Source: Antedon mediterranea
Lineage: Eukaryota > Animalia > Echinodermata
Length of the DNA stretch: 64,000 bases
Reading direction: 5' to 3'
Assembly (NCBI RefSeq): GCF_964355755.1
Contig: NC_092672.1
Location: 1,798,001-1,862,000, forward strand
The notes under the pieces were generated by a model. The model worked only from the letters and a program-made list of their open reading frames with translations. It did no database searches and was not told the DNA's origin. A program made the translations under genes and the position numbers. This document shows positions 1 to 12,400 of the stretch, piece after piece (within the stretch, counting starts at the first letter, position 1; the number at the start of each line of letters is the position of its first letter).

Positions 1-1581
1 TTCCTCTCTTAGTTTTTCTTTTCTAGCATGATCTCTAGTGGCAACAAAACTATGCCTATCATGATTCTTATCCCTCTTCCCTAATAAGTCTCCAAATTTA
101 GGAAAGTCCCTACCAAGAATTACATCTCTTGGTAAATCGCTGCAAACGCCAACCAACAAATTATGGTCTTCGTTATTAATCTTAATATTGACGAATGCAG
201 TAGGATAGGCTTGGACATGGTCATGGACGCACCTGCATGTAATTTTAGCTTGCTCCGCGCGATTAATTTTCTTAGCCGCTACTAAATCAGAATGAACAAG
301 TGTCATATCACATCCAGAGTCTATCAAAATTTCACAATCACATCCTTCAACTAGGCCTCTACAAATATAAGGTGTACATGGTTTTGAAACAGTATCTGTC
401 TTTGTCGACAAAAAGCCATCCTTACTTCGACAAAATCGTTCTATGTGGCCTACTTTTTTGCACCGTCTACAAACGAGAGGTTGTCTAGCGTCAGATTGTG
501 ATTTATGAAAGTTATCAGGGGGATTATTATTACCCTTACTGTCAACTTCAGGAGTGCCTTTCACTGTTTTCTCCTGGTTGTTTCTATTTTCGTGTTTTCT
601 ATTTTGAAACTTTTTCTCAAAATCGATACCTTTTCTAGCTTGAAAATAATTATCTGCTAATTCTGCAGCATTTAATCCGGAATCTGGTTTATGTTCTTTA
701 ACCCAAATTTGTACCCCTGTGGGCATAATATCTATTAATTGCTCTAAAATAACAATTTCAGCTAAATCATCTTTGCTTTTATCAGCAGGCCTAGCCCACT
801 TAGTAAATAAATCTTTTAACCTAACATACATTTCTCTATAACTTTCTTCACTTTTCTTTTTAATTGACCTAAACCTTTGCCTATATGTCTCTTCAGTTAT
901 GTCATACCTTTGTAATATTGCTTTCTTCACTATGTCGTACTGGTTACTTTCTGTCACTGGTAGTGATGCATAGGCTGCTCTTGCTTTGCCTGTCAAATGA
1001 GGTATTAGTTTTACTACCCAGTGTTCTTTTCGCCACTCATAGGTGTTAGCAATTCGTTCAAACGTAGTGAGATAATTTTCAATATCATCACTATCAGAAA
1101 GTTTTGCAATCTGAACTTCTTTCAATCTCATCATGTCTTTTAATCGTTTCTCCTCACTGTCCTTTTGCTTATCCATTAACGCCATTACTAACGCTTGCTG
1201 TTTCTCCATATCTTCCCTACGTAAACGTTCTTGTCTTTCCATATCTTCTTTGCGTAAACGTTCTTGTTTTTCCATATCTTCTTTGCGTAAACGTTCTTGT
1301 TGTTCCATCATCTGCTGCATCATAAGATTCTGTTGTTGCATTTGCTGCTGCATTTGCTGCTGCATTTGCTGCTGCATTTGCTGCTGCATTTGCTGCTGCA
1401 TCAACAACAAAACATCTTTTGAAGATGAGTCAGCCCCTGTAGGGTTATGTCCACTGGTTGGTCCAGACTCTTCTGCCTGTTGTTCAGGTTGTATTGACTG
1501 AACCGATTCTACCTCAGAATCAGATTCATCGCCGCCGCTGTATTCTCTACCGGATCTTGTTGTTGATTGTTTATCAGCCAT
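1..1581 (-). CDS. Gag-protease (start of gag-pol polyprotein) of a Ty3/gypsy, Gmr1-like LTR retrotransposon; open off the left edge of the window
   Basis: Uninterrupted minus-strand frame from ATG at 1581 (MADKQSTTRSGREY...) to base 1, absent from the ORF track because there is no stop. Contains polyQ, 'DDIENYLTTFERIA..W...W', a SCAN-like capsid segment (ETYRQRFR...LEQLIDIMPTGVQIWVKEHKPDSG, ~650-894), a CCHC knuckle CRRCKKVGHIERFC (~430-471), and aspartic protease motifs LIDSGC (~310-327) and ILGRDF. Confidence 0.92.
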   Translation of the reverse strand, partial: MADKQSTTRSGREYSGGDESDSEVESVQSIQPEQQAEESGPTSGHNPTGADSSSKDVLLLMQQQMQQQMQQQMQQQMQQQMQQQNLMMQQMMEQQERLRKEDMEKQERLRKEDMERQERLRREDMEKQQALVMALMDKQKDSEEKRLKDMMRLKEVQIAKLSDSDDIENYLTTFERIANTYEWRKEHWVVKLIPHLTGKARAAYASLPVTESNQYDIVKKAILQRYDITEETYRQRFRSIKKKSEESYREMYVRLKDLFTKWARPADKSKDDLAEIVILEQLIDIMPTGVQIWVKEHKPDSGLNAAELADNYFQARKGIDFEKKFQNRKHENRNNQEKTVKGTPEVDSKGNNNPPDNFHKSQSDARQPLVCRRCKKVGHIERFCRSKDGFLSTKTDTVSKPCTPYICRGLVEGCDCEILIDSGCDMTLVHSDLVAAKKINRAEQAKITCRCVHDHVQAYPTAFVNIKINNEDHNLLVGVCSDLPRDVILGRDFPKFGDLLGKRDKNHDRHSFVATRDHARKEKLREE

Positions 1582-1896
1582 ATTTTAAATCTGGATTAGG
1601 GTCTTGTTACTAGTTAATCGTAGTTACCGAGACGTTCACAAGTCTACTGTTCCAAATAAAATAATCTACTGTTCTTTAAACAATGTTTGTGTACTTACGA
1701 TTAAACAAAACGTAGCACCACGGCTTCCGTAAAATATCACAGTATCGTAAGTACCGCTTCCTCAAAATATCAATAAAGTACACTTGATCCTAAAACAGCC
1801 ACCAATCTATGGCAAAATACAGTAGATCAAACTGCTACCACAAAATATCACAACAGTAGATAAATACACAGTTAAGTCGAACAGTAGATCGAAATA

Positions 1897-1909
1897 ACCG
1901 CTGCCACCA
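1897..1909 (-). other. Primer-binding site complementary to the 3' end of tRNA-Leu
   Basis: Minus strand reads ...GTGACA taatt TGGTGGCAGCGGT. This is complementary to ACCGCTGCCA-CCA, the 3' end of animal tRNA-Leu(AAG/TAG), and lies 5 nt after a CA LTR end and upstream of gag. Confidence 0.8.
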
Positions 1910-1914
1910 AATTA

Positions 1915-2362
1915 TGTCACGAACTCCTCTCACGTATGTTTCCGAGCGGTTGAAAATACTTTAGGAACTCCCTTGTGACATAAAAGTATACACACAAAAT
2001 CCACAAAGTTGTAAAATAACTCAAAAACAAAGCTTTAATTTCAATCAACTTCAACTTTCAACAATCCAGTAAGCACTTTAAACAACAGCTTCACAATGAC
2101 TTTACAATATAACATCCAACCTCTAATCCAACAACCTTACAATAGTTTACATCCCTTTATATACAAGATGCTCCTATCCTTCTAGATCATTCTTTATACT
2201 TCTCATTATTACATGATTACAGTTTCTATTAATAGCACTTCTGGAATGTTCTTGATTGTTCTTATTAATTATACATGGTTTATTAAATCAAAACATCTTA
2301 TTCTAGAATGTTCATGTAAATACTATGTTACTCTATATGTTAGGGAATGGTAATTTATTACA
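1915..2362 (-). mobile_element. 5' LTR of the gypsy element (outer boundary approximate)
   Basis: Ends in TGACA next to the PBS. The minus strand has a TATA-like TATATAAA (~2155-2162), ATTAAA (~2034-2039) and a candidate TGTAATAA start at 2362. The second LTR is outside the window, so the outer edge is unverified. Confidence 0.6.
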
Positions 2363-3702
2363 GTACAGTAATTATTATATCATAATAGAAATTTATTATA
2401 ATACTAAATTTTGGTTAAAACTGGCCCTGTGTTTCTTATTGAATCTCCTTTCCAAGTTTACAAGACGAAATGTACAAGAAATTAACAGTTTTCAAAGATT
2501 TTTCGAAGTTAATAGTGTTTGGCGATTCATTCAGCCAATGTTGTATAAATGACATCTGCATCAGAGAGGTGATAGTAACATAGTTTATCTGTATCTTAGT
2601 AAACTTTGCAAAACCTTATGAACTGAAACAGATCAAGTGCCCATCCTGATCTCTAACTGGTTTTGTATAGCATCACAATTCCATCTCTTTCTGTACCCAG
2701 CAAAGTTCCATTTTGTCAATCTAGAATGCCATCTCTTCTGGAAAAACTTGATAATTTATAATATTAATAATTGACCTAGCTGCAGGCTTCAGTTGGAATA
2801 CAGAGGATTACACAGTTAATACAGCTTCTTGTTTAGCACTCTAAGAAGTAGGTCAAACTAATTTCCGCTATGATATAACTTTTTTAGTTTTTCCATGACA
2901 GTGGTGTGAGTGGTCACAAAACTGAATTTATAACAAGTAAAATTTAGTAGAATAAAGTATTTAATTCAATTATATATTAACATTACCATATGTGTTAATG
3001 AACAAATAAATAATAGCAAATAGGCCAAAGATCAATAATAAACATTGCTATTATATTTGATTGACTTACAATCTGAGATACCAATTGTTTCATTTGATTC
3101 TTACAATCGATTTACAACTCCCATGAAGGAATTATAGTTATATAGATTGATCTACAAGATTTTTATTGTGATAGCTGAATGATTTATGAGATGACATAAT
3201 ATTCCATAGTCTTAGCAACATTCATGGTATAGTGAACATTATAGACATTTTTTTTCTCTTTTGTGGCGCAAACACCACTTTTATTCACATTCATATTATC
3301 TCATGTCATTACATAAAATCATATTATTTAACACATTTATGTTAGACATTTAACAGCCTCTCCTCAATTCCCATTCAAGACATTATGAGTGACATATACA
3401 TTTGTTCAATATTTGTATTTGTTTAAAATAATATGCTTATTATTTATCTAAAAGTAAGTCTAGAAAGTGTAAATTGTAGCATTCATTATTTGATTTACAA
3501 TGAAATAATTATAATATTTGTATCCAGGGTTCTTTAAGGTTTCATGGAACTTATGAATATGTTTTAATTACCTGGTAGATACTTTTTTATGGCTATGGAG
3601 GCATAGAACACTAATCAGGGATATTAGAATAATATATAGAATAATATATATCTGTCTCACTGTCTGTCCATGATTTTACCTTCACGATAGAGCTGAAAAT
3701 AT

Positions 3703-4025
3703 GAGTGAGTGGCCAAGCGGTTAAGACAGTGGAACCGTAATTACGTAGCCATAACATCGGCAGGGGTTCGAGGCTCACTCACTCCATGGTTCTGGTGGTA
3801 GAACGAGTCTTCTCGGATAAGGACTATAAACCGTAGGTCCAGTGTACACATCTAGCTCGTGTGCACTTTAAAGAACCTAGTACATCTTTCGAGACGAGTA
3901 GGGGGTTACCCCGGTGTATTAGTACATCACAGCCACTGATCACCAACTGGGCCCTCTGGGAGACCAGTCTTTGACTGAAGAGGTTACCCAGTATAAATAT
4001 AAATTTCATTCAATCAATCAATGCA
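3703..4025 (+). mobile_element. tRNA-derived SINE with Deu/Nin central domain
   Basis: A box TGGCCAAGCGG, B box GGTTCGAGGC and acceptor-like stem GAGTGAG...CTCACTC. These are followed by GGATAAGGACTATAAACCGTAGGTCC...TTAAAGAACC...GAGTAGGGGGTTACCCCGGTGT, resembling the Deu/Nin core from memory, and a (CAAT)n tail. Confidence 0.75.
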
Positions 4026-5154
4026 TCAAATCAGAGAATTGTTTTCATGTTTATTTCTATAATTACCAAGTAAACCATAATAACTACATTATTCACAATA
4101 CATTTCAATTAATAATGGATAAACCTACTTGTGTTATATCATGCTAAGCTGCTTTGTTTTCAAGAATACCCTATATAATATTCTAAAAATGACATAAACA
4201 ACATTGTAACATAATGAATCAAATTACGTAAGCAAATGCACAAATTGTCTCAATAAATCATTTTAATCATTTCACTAAAATATACCAATTTGAACGAATA
4301 TTTCCATACAAATAAGGATGAATCTAGAAAAAATTAATTAACCTGTAACATAAAATGATATTCAAATTCCATATTTGACTTCTGTGGTTGAAAAAACCCA
4401 CAAAGTAGACTAAGTATGAATCACCTGTACTATTTCCTACCTACCTTAGTCTGTTAAACTCATCTAGCAAAGAAAGACATGTTACACCTTTGATGAGTCA
4501 CCCTACTAGGGTTTGTCAAGTTTTCTTTCCTTCCTTTACTAGACTTCCTTTCTCTTTCTTGCCTTTGTTTACACCTTATTTACTACCTTTGTTCTCCCAT
4601 ACTTTACTTCTGTTATTAAAACTAATCATCTCAAACCACATTATTACCTTTTAAGATGTTTTTTCCTTTTTCTTTTTTCTAGTTGAGTACCACTATTGTT
4701 AAATTTTAATATTATTCTTTTATCAAGTAAATCTTATGAGAAAATTTGTTTTCTTTTTATTCAATTTACACGTTTTTTTGCGATTATTAGATTGTTTTCT
4801 CATTGTGGTCTTCTTTTTTCTATTCTAATTAATTCAGTGTTGTATTTTTATCACCTTGGGTGTGGATTTCCTCTACAGTTTATCGGTTATTTTAAAGTGA
4901 AATTTTAAATTGCAGGTGAAAACAGATGAATGTATTTGACTGTTAAAACACTGAGCTAGTTACATTATTCTTTGAATTGAAAATAAATTTTCAAATTAAA
5001 ATGCAATTAATCAATTTTATTTTCCTTGAATTTAATTTCTGAAAAAAAAATGTGAGAAAGTGTTTTCCTAGTATAGTGTAGGCACATATCAACTATAAAA
5101 TAATAACGTTTGTTGAATTTCAAAATCAGCAGTAGATCTCCTTTGGGAATACAA

Positions 5155-5310
5155 ATACGGAACCTCTATTCACGGGACAAGTTTATGCTGACAAATGGGG
5201 AATCTCTATTTAAGGGACAATTTTAAGATGACATTCAAATGGGAACCTCTCTTCAATGGACAATTTTATGCTGACAAATAGGAAACCTCTATTCAATGGG
5301 CAATTTTATG
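5155..5310 (+). repeat. Degenerate tandem repeat (~4 x ~40 bp, GGGAACCTCTATTCAAGGGACAATTTTATGCTGACAAAT), related to a dispersed CCTATTAAGGGAC motif family
   Basis: Direct repetition is visible. Related motifs occur at ~25745-25812 and ~37780-37880 (reverse) and in the 27016 satellite. Confidence 0.55.
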
Positions 5311-5354
5311 ACAAAATAATGGTGAGGAACAAGCTGCTGGTCTTTAAAGTGAAG

Positions 5355-5510
5355 AACTATCAATCGAACTAGTTTAACAAAAAAAGTGTGATGTGCCCAA
5401 ATATGGTGGTGATGTGCCCAAATATGGTAGTGATATGACATCATCATGTCCATATATGGGCACCTCACAATTTTTTTCACATAAAGTTTGCTAGTGTAGA
5501 CAGAGCTTAA
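5355..5510. mobile_element. MITE family A copy
   Basis: Right TIR AGTGTAGACAGAGCTT and internal TGCCCAAATATGGTAGTGAT repeats. Confidence 0.8.
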
Positions 5511-5997
5511 CATTAGCTCTGTCTTTTTCAGGTTATTTGCTCTATCACAAGCCATTTTAGAACAATAAAGTTCCAAATTGGTAACAATATCTCTATTTGT
5601 GGGGAAAAACAACAAAACATTAGAAGCAATAATGTCTTGTGGTTACAAACAGTGTGGTGAGGCATTTATCTGACCTCTGACCCAGCTGTAGGGGGTCTCA
5701 GAACAAACCAATGGATGAATAATGACCCCATGTTGAACTCTCGTACATTTGTCCTATCTTGTATGCCAACAATATAATGTTCCACATGAATTCATTTGCT
5801 TTGTAAACACAAGTTTTCAAGAAAATGAAATGTCTTCAAGGTTATTGGAGGTCATTAGTATTTTTGTGGTAAAAATGAATTTTCAAGGTTCCACATACAT
5901 GTGTTCTGTTCGTAACAATGGCTATACTTACACTACAGTCTGGTAAAAGATGGAAGATTTTTCCCAAAAAAGTGCTGTGGACATCCTGACAAGGAGA

Positions 5998-6205
5998 AAG
6001 CTCTTTAACACTATCAAACATTATGTGACAAAAAAATGTGATGTGCCCATGATATGGACATGATGATGTCATATCACTACCATATTTGGGCATATCACTA
6101 ACATATTTGGGCATATCACTGCCATATTTGGGCATATCACCACCATATTTGAGAACATCACACTTTCTTTTGTAAAACTAGTGTGATAGTGTAGACAAAG
6201 CTTTA
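5998..6205. mobile_element. MITE family A copy
   Basis: AAGCTCT..ACACTATCAAAC ... GATAGTGTAGACAAAGCTT, with four internal 21-bp ATATCACTACCATATTTGGGC units. Confidence 0.85.
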
Positions 6206-7811
6206 GTAGCTGTTGGAGGTCTATTGAAAGTTACCAGTGCTGTGTGATCGTAAAAGTGCTGCCAAGGCATATCTTGACAAATTGAGTCATTGAACTCAGA
6301 ATTACCTAATGTCCAATAATATTTTGCAATGTAATTTCTGGGCTTGAATCCGTATGATTATTAGTCCATAGTTTATGACGGCATACTACTATAGCTGCTG
6401 GGGACAAAGACAAAACTACCCAATTAAAAAAAGTTATAAATATACAGTAGATGAACAACAAATTGAAGTCCATACTCCATGTCCCCTTCTCCATTCATTT
6501 TAAACTGTAAAACATGTCCATCCCCAAGGATGAGATGAATTTATATCCTTCTAAGTACACATTTAACTTCAAAGAATTTTATCATTCGTATATTTGACAT
6601 TTCAACATACCTCGTCATTTTTTCAAATGCTAATGTAAAAATATTTACATAAGTTATTAACCTGACATAGCTTTCTGTCTTCTCATATAAAAAGGGAAAA
6701 TTCTATAAAATGTAGTACAGGAGATGACAAGCAGTATTTCATGGTATTTAGGTTTCCATTCTAACTGACCACAATTTATATTGTTGATTTTAGCAACATG
6801 GGTAAAATATTTTTAATAAATAATTTCCTTTTTTGGAATGTGGAGTGGGATTTTTTTTTTAAATCAACCATTCAGTTGACTGAACTGAACTTTTTGCCTT
6901 ATCTGTTAATTTTACTGAACTTTTATATTTTTCTTTCTATTAAATTCTATATTACTCATTTACATTCATAGAAGAAATTCTAAACTACATGATGATACAC
7001 TGAAAATTAATCAATTAATTAATCAAATGGTAAATCTATGAGATGAGATAAATTTGCCCAAACCGATATTCAAACTTGGAACCTCCTCTTTGTACTAATA
7101 CTAGACATATTCATAGGATTTTTTTGGGGAAAAATTAAAAAATACATACTCAGACTGAGATAATAAATGATATCTTTATGCCATTATTATAGTTAATACC
7201 TATAAACAAATTATGCATACAAAATGATGCATGCTAAACTAAATCACATAAGTATGGTATAATGAGTACAATGAAATCTACTGACGTACTATACTGATAG
7301 GGTTGAGTGTTAACAACGCATTGCTGTAGATAGCTGGATGGAGTAAGCCATTTGTTACATTGTTGTGCTGTTTCCAAGAATTTCCACATGGATGATGATA
7401 TCCTACCTACTTCATAAGAATTTATGATGTCACAAGTAATTGACCAATCACAGACAAGAGTTGAGGAGAGTCATAGTTTGGTGAAGGTTAATGATAGTTG
7501 AAGGGAGAGTAATGTGATGCCATGTACTTTTTTAACTGCAGGTGAATTAATCACCTTAAATAGATATTTTAATCAATTTTATTTCGCTATTTCACTGAAT
7601 TTTACGCTCATGATTGTAATTTCCTTAATAAACTAATTAATACAATGCACAAACCACAAGAAGTACCGTATTCAATTATTTTAAGAAATTTTGAATGAAA
7701 TAAAGAAAATAAGAACTGAAAAAATTGACAATGCTGTGGCTATCAGTGGCTGGATCTCAATGGAGATAAAAAGATAAATCAAAACGATAAAGTAAAACAA
7801 CCAGAAAAATA

Positions 7812-7850
7812 TGCAGAGCTTTCGGGCAACACTAGCTGTTCATCAGTGCA
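7812..7850 (-). ncRNA. Degenerate minimal type I hammerhead ribozyme motif (Penelope/retrozyme-like)
   Basis: Minus strand reads TGCA-CTGATGA-acagctagtgttgccc-GAAA-GC-TC-TGCA: conserved core, stem I TGCA/TGCA and a minimal stem III. Stem II is imperfect. Confidence 0.5.
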
Positions 7851-9039
7851 AGTGAATTTGGACAAAATTGAGAATATATAACAGAAAGACAAGAGCTGCC
7901 TGAGTAGTCCGGAATAAAAGAAAAAAAAAGACTTATCAATCTATTGAGGTAGGCCTAGACTGAATAATACCGATGAACCTCTGACGATTTCAATGTATAG
8001 CACTTATCATTGCACCACACAGAGATCTTTAATCCTTTTTTTAATCCGGCAGATTAAATGTTGAGGTGTCGAGTGAGGGAATAAAATTGTCACTTTCTCA
8101 TGAGAGTCAACAAACAGAATGACATGGTTTTAATGTCAACTCTGAAGCCTGGAAAATGATCCATGCTTCAACAACAAATGCATCTGATTGGTCAGAATTT
8201 TTGCTCTATTCTGATTAAATGTTACTGTACAATCAATGATCAATGCTGTACTCATTAATATTCATAAGTCAATATGACACTTACTGTGTTCATTTGGGAA
8301 CTATTTTAAGAAATCGCCCTCTTTAAACTCCAGCATTGTCTTGTTTGTTTCTTTGTATTATAACTGTAGTCTAAGTTGAAAAATACTTATTTACAAACAA
8401 AACATCTGACCTTCCTGAAGCAAACTACTTTGTACTTAAAGTATAATCTGTTTAGCCTGTAAGTGTTCTCATGAATCTTTTTAGAAGAGTTCAGCTGAGC
8501 ACACAGATAATGTTAGGTGTTATTTACATAAATGGACAATTATTACTCTTATTAATATTAGTTCATTCAGTTCATCATCATACTACTATAGTACTAGTAC
8601 ATAACAACATGAAAGAAAAGAAAATATATCGTACCTGGGATTTTAACCCATGAAATCACTTGCCCTTGGCAGTGTTTCCATAAAACATTAAACGAAAAGG
8701 AAATTCTATAATTAATACTAGTGGGTGCCTAAGTATAATAATAATAATAAAATCTTAAATAATATTAGATGTCACTATTCTGAAAGAATTTGTTTACAGT
8801 CACAAGCCTATTGTTTTTTTTTTTGGAGGGGGGGGGGGGGAACCATCTCCTTCTTCTTCCTTTTTAAAAACAAAATTGCATCCAAAGCAGCTGCAGGTGC
8901 CTTTGTACGTGAAACAAGTAATTAAAAAAAGTGAAGGACTGTTTGCAGAAAAACAATAAAGAAGTGGTACATCATCAAGGTCAGGTGTATTAATGTAAAA
9001 ACAATTCTTTTTCTCAGTAGAGAACTTTTATTAGGGCTC

Positions 9040-9200
9040 GTGTATCCTATTGGACGTAACGCGCACCGTACTAAGTATAATTTTTGATCAATCACGAGCG
9101 AGAGTTCTTTGTGCGCGATTGATGTAGGAGCGCGCGCATACGTCGTACGTCCTCTTGTTGCGTTGCGTTTAGCATGTGCTATATATAATTCACAGCGATT
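9040..9200 (+). promoter_or_regulatory. Probable BLMH promoter (local CpG-rich patch)
   Basis: CpG cluster in a CpG-poor background, with ATTGG (CCAAT box) at ~9049 and GCGCGCGCAT, 230-380 bp upstream of the BLMH ATG. Confidence 0.45.
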
Positions 9201-9424
9201 TTTGTTGTTGCTTTCTAAAAAAAAGTACTTTATTTATAGGGGGCTCACTTCAGTCAAAGAATATAATATCATAAAACGATGCTTGCTGCAGCAGCAGCAG
9301 AGAGAGTGTGTCGTGTACGGAAAAAAAACCCCAAATCATCCAACACAGACAGTATTTTGTTCCGTATTCTGCTGCTAGCTGAATACGTAGTTTACAACGA
9401 AAATAAAACCACTCTAAAGGTACC

Positions 9425-12400
9425 ATGAGTGGCCAACAAGATGGAGGTTTGTCTTCACGTAATTAAGGATAAATTTTAACTTCATACACGGTTAAATTGT
9501 AGATAAATTAGCCTTATTAGATAGTAGCCAGTGAGTCTAAGAAAAGAGGCTAGGCTACACAGTGAACCGACCTGGTCTCCCTCCATAACTGGCCAAAATG
9601 CTGTGTGTGACCAGCTATGCGTAGTATGGTCTAGCTAGGCCTCTAAGCATTCTCTCAAAATTATGGAAAAGTTTCAGTTACCTTCCCATATAGGCTAGGA
9701 GGATATAGGCTAGAGATTCTGTATTATTAGGTGAATCTGGTTATCGAAACGAATACATTACAGGCCAGTATTGTTTCTACTAATATTCTATTTTACATTT
9801 TTTGCTTTGTCATTCCTATCCTAACATTTTCTTCTTTTCTTTGACAGAAATTACCAATGCAATGATCGATAAGTTTTTGGCAACATTTTTAGCTGAACCT
9901 AAAAACAAACTTGCCCAGAATGTTGTCATCAAGTATGATCTTAATGAAGTTTGCATGGACTACAATGAAGCCCAAACAGTTAACCATGCGTATAATTACC
10001 GGGTAGGTTTATTTTATAATCTAACCACTTACTGATACCCACAGCATTGTCATTTTTCATTAATTTGCCTTTGGATTTATGTATTTTATTATAGTTATAT
10101 GGTATTTGTTTTGACAGGTACCAGAAGTAAAGCCAGTGACGAACCAGAAAGCAACCGGCCGATGTTGGATTTTTGCTTGTTTAAATGCAATGAGGATACC
10201 TTATATGAAGCAGATCCAGTTGGAGGATTTTGAGTTTAGTCAAACGTACTTGTTCTTCTGGGATAAGGTATGCATAGTCATTAATTAGTTCACTTTGTGT
10301 TGCAGTTACAAATATATTTTAACATTCCAAATTCTCTCTCAATGTAGGCCTGAGGGATAGCTGACTCATTTGAGTTACAGCGATGTATTTTTCTTAAGCT
10401 GCTCCTGCCCAGCACTTTTTCATTTTTTTAAAAAATATTTATATATGTTTATATTGTATTGATTTTATGCTGGTGGTATAAATAAACAAAACGCACAAGC
10501 AAACTATCAATTTGCTAGTAGATTTTTCATGATTGCTAATTAAACATTTCAGTTAAAAATATAATTTAAAATTTAAACCCTTGCTAAATACATTTTTGCA
10601 TTTACATTTAAAGACCCCTTCCCTGCAATTTTGGACGTTTTTTGGAAAATAATACATATATATCACTTTAAAAACATTAAACCATGTCATTCCTTGTCTT
10701 AAATGTACGTTTTATGGTAAATTATGATAAAAAGTGAGAAACAATGCACTACCTAAAGTAGCTCGCGGCGATCGACCTCTCGTGGACGGTCTTAGGCCTA
10801 GCCTAGCTAGGCTTAGTTTTGTAGGCCTAGCTGGTAAACATCGGTAACGTACGAACATCGTACGCTACCTATATACCTAGCCTGACGTTGTATAGTTGCT
10901 GCATTAATTGTCTTTCTATTTTTGCCAGACTCCGTTGATACAAATTGGGGAAAACCCGGTATTTTCGCTGAAAAGTTAGGAGTCTTCCATTTGTTTTGGC
11001 CTCACGATCGATCGAAAAGTGGGCGAATTACAGGTGAAAAACAAAAATATCCATCCGCGCGCAATGCATTTTGGGATTTATAGCGGGCCGCTATAATTAT
11101 TAGAATCGACTTATTTTTCACATTTATAACCGTTTAAAGACGAAAAAAGTTATCGCAATAGGACCATATAGTATTAGTTTTACATTAAATATAGTTTGTG
11201 ATCTTAAATTAGATCTAAAAAACGTAGGGAATGGGGCTTTAAAAAGAAATAACTTCCATCATAACAGTTGCTTTTGTACTTTTGAACTAGATTGAAAGAA
11301 TAAACTACTTTCTGTATTCATACGTGAAAGTGTTCAAGACCGGTGAACCCGCCGACGGCAGACTTGGAAGCTTTCTACTGTCAAACCCAACAGAAGACGG
11401 CGGCCAATGGGATATGCTCGTTAACCTCATCAACAAGTATGGTGTGATGCCGAAAAAAATGTTCAAAGATGGTTTCACCGCGGAATCCTCGTCCAAGATG
11501 AACAAACTCTTGAAAAATAAGGTGAAATCAATTGATGATGATGTCATCATTACTATATTTGGGCATATCACTACCATATTTGGGCATATCACTACTGTAT
11601 TTGGGCACATGACATCACACTTTTTTTTTGTCAAACTAATTTGATAATGTAGACAGAGCTTTATGCTAACTCTGTGACACAAAAATGTGATGTTCCCATA
11701 TATGTACATGATGATGTCATATCACTACCATATTTGGGCACATAAAAACGTTTTTGAAAAACTAGTTTGATAGTGTAAACAGAGCTTTATATTTATCAAA
11801 TAACCTTAATATAACCGTTATATTATCTGGTTGAATTGCTTGGTTATTCAAGTGAACATGAGAATGACCCCATGATGGAACATTGTTCCTCCTTTTTAGC
11901 ATATTTTTCTTTTAATTATATAATTTATAACCTGAAAGGTATAACAATTACTCCAAATAATGAGAGGGACGTCATGCTTCCTTATTTTGATCTATGTTTG
12001 ATCCTCTTTGTTTTTTAATCATAATCCGTGTATCTGTTTGATGCATAATTTATTGTTTAATTCAGTGTCACACTCTGACATGGTAAATGTTTTTTTATCA
12101 TCTTCAGATTCGTGAATTTGCCAAGAAACTAAATGACATGGTTCAGGAGAAGAAAACCGACAAAGAAATCAATGAGGAAATTGCTAGCATGATGCAAGTG
12201 GTAAGAGAGAGTGTACTTTAATTTGTTGTTGATACACTGATCAACTTTGAATTTATTAATTTACATATGATTGATTGAATGATTTATTGGTGATTCAATT
12301 ATTTATATTAATTCGGCCATTTTGTTCAAAACAAACTTGTATTTACAAAAAATCTATTTGGTGAAAGTTTAACTGTTTATGCATTTTCCAAATATTCGCA

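Noticed and set aside
1104-1501. Cys-rich plus-strand ORFs (CCICCC...) resembling metallothionein
   Set aside because: They are the antisense reading of the Gag polyQ and charged repeats.
1915-1980. TGTCAC...GTGACA 66-bp inverted-ended segment as a complete mini-LTR
   Set aside because: Too short. TATA and polyA signals lie further out, so it is treated as the U5 part of a longer LTR.
3703-3786. tRNA gene
   Set aside because: No proper anticodon arm, and it continues into a SINE body and tail.
5289-6135. ORFs with MPKYGSD / HIWAH repeats (also 11305, 19616, 19764)
   Set aside because: Translations of the MITE family A internal repeat.
2400-9000. Hidden minus-strand gene divergent from BLMH
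   Set aside because: Scattered splice-like words but no coherent coding exons. A lncRNA or UTR exons cannot be excluded without RNA data.
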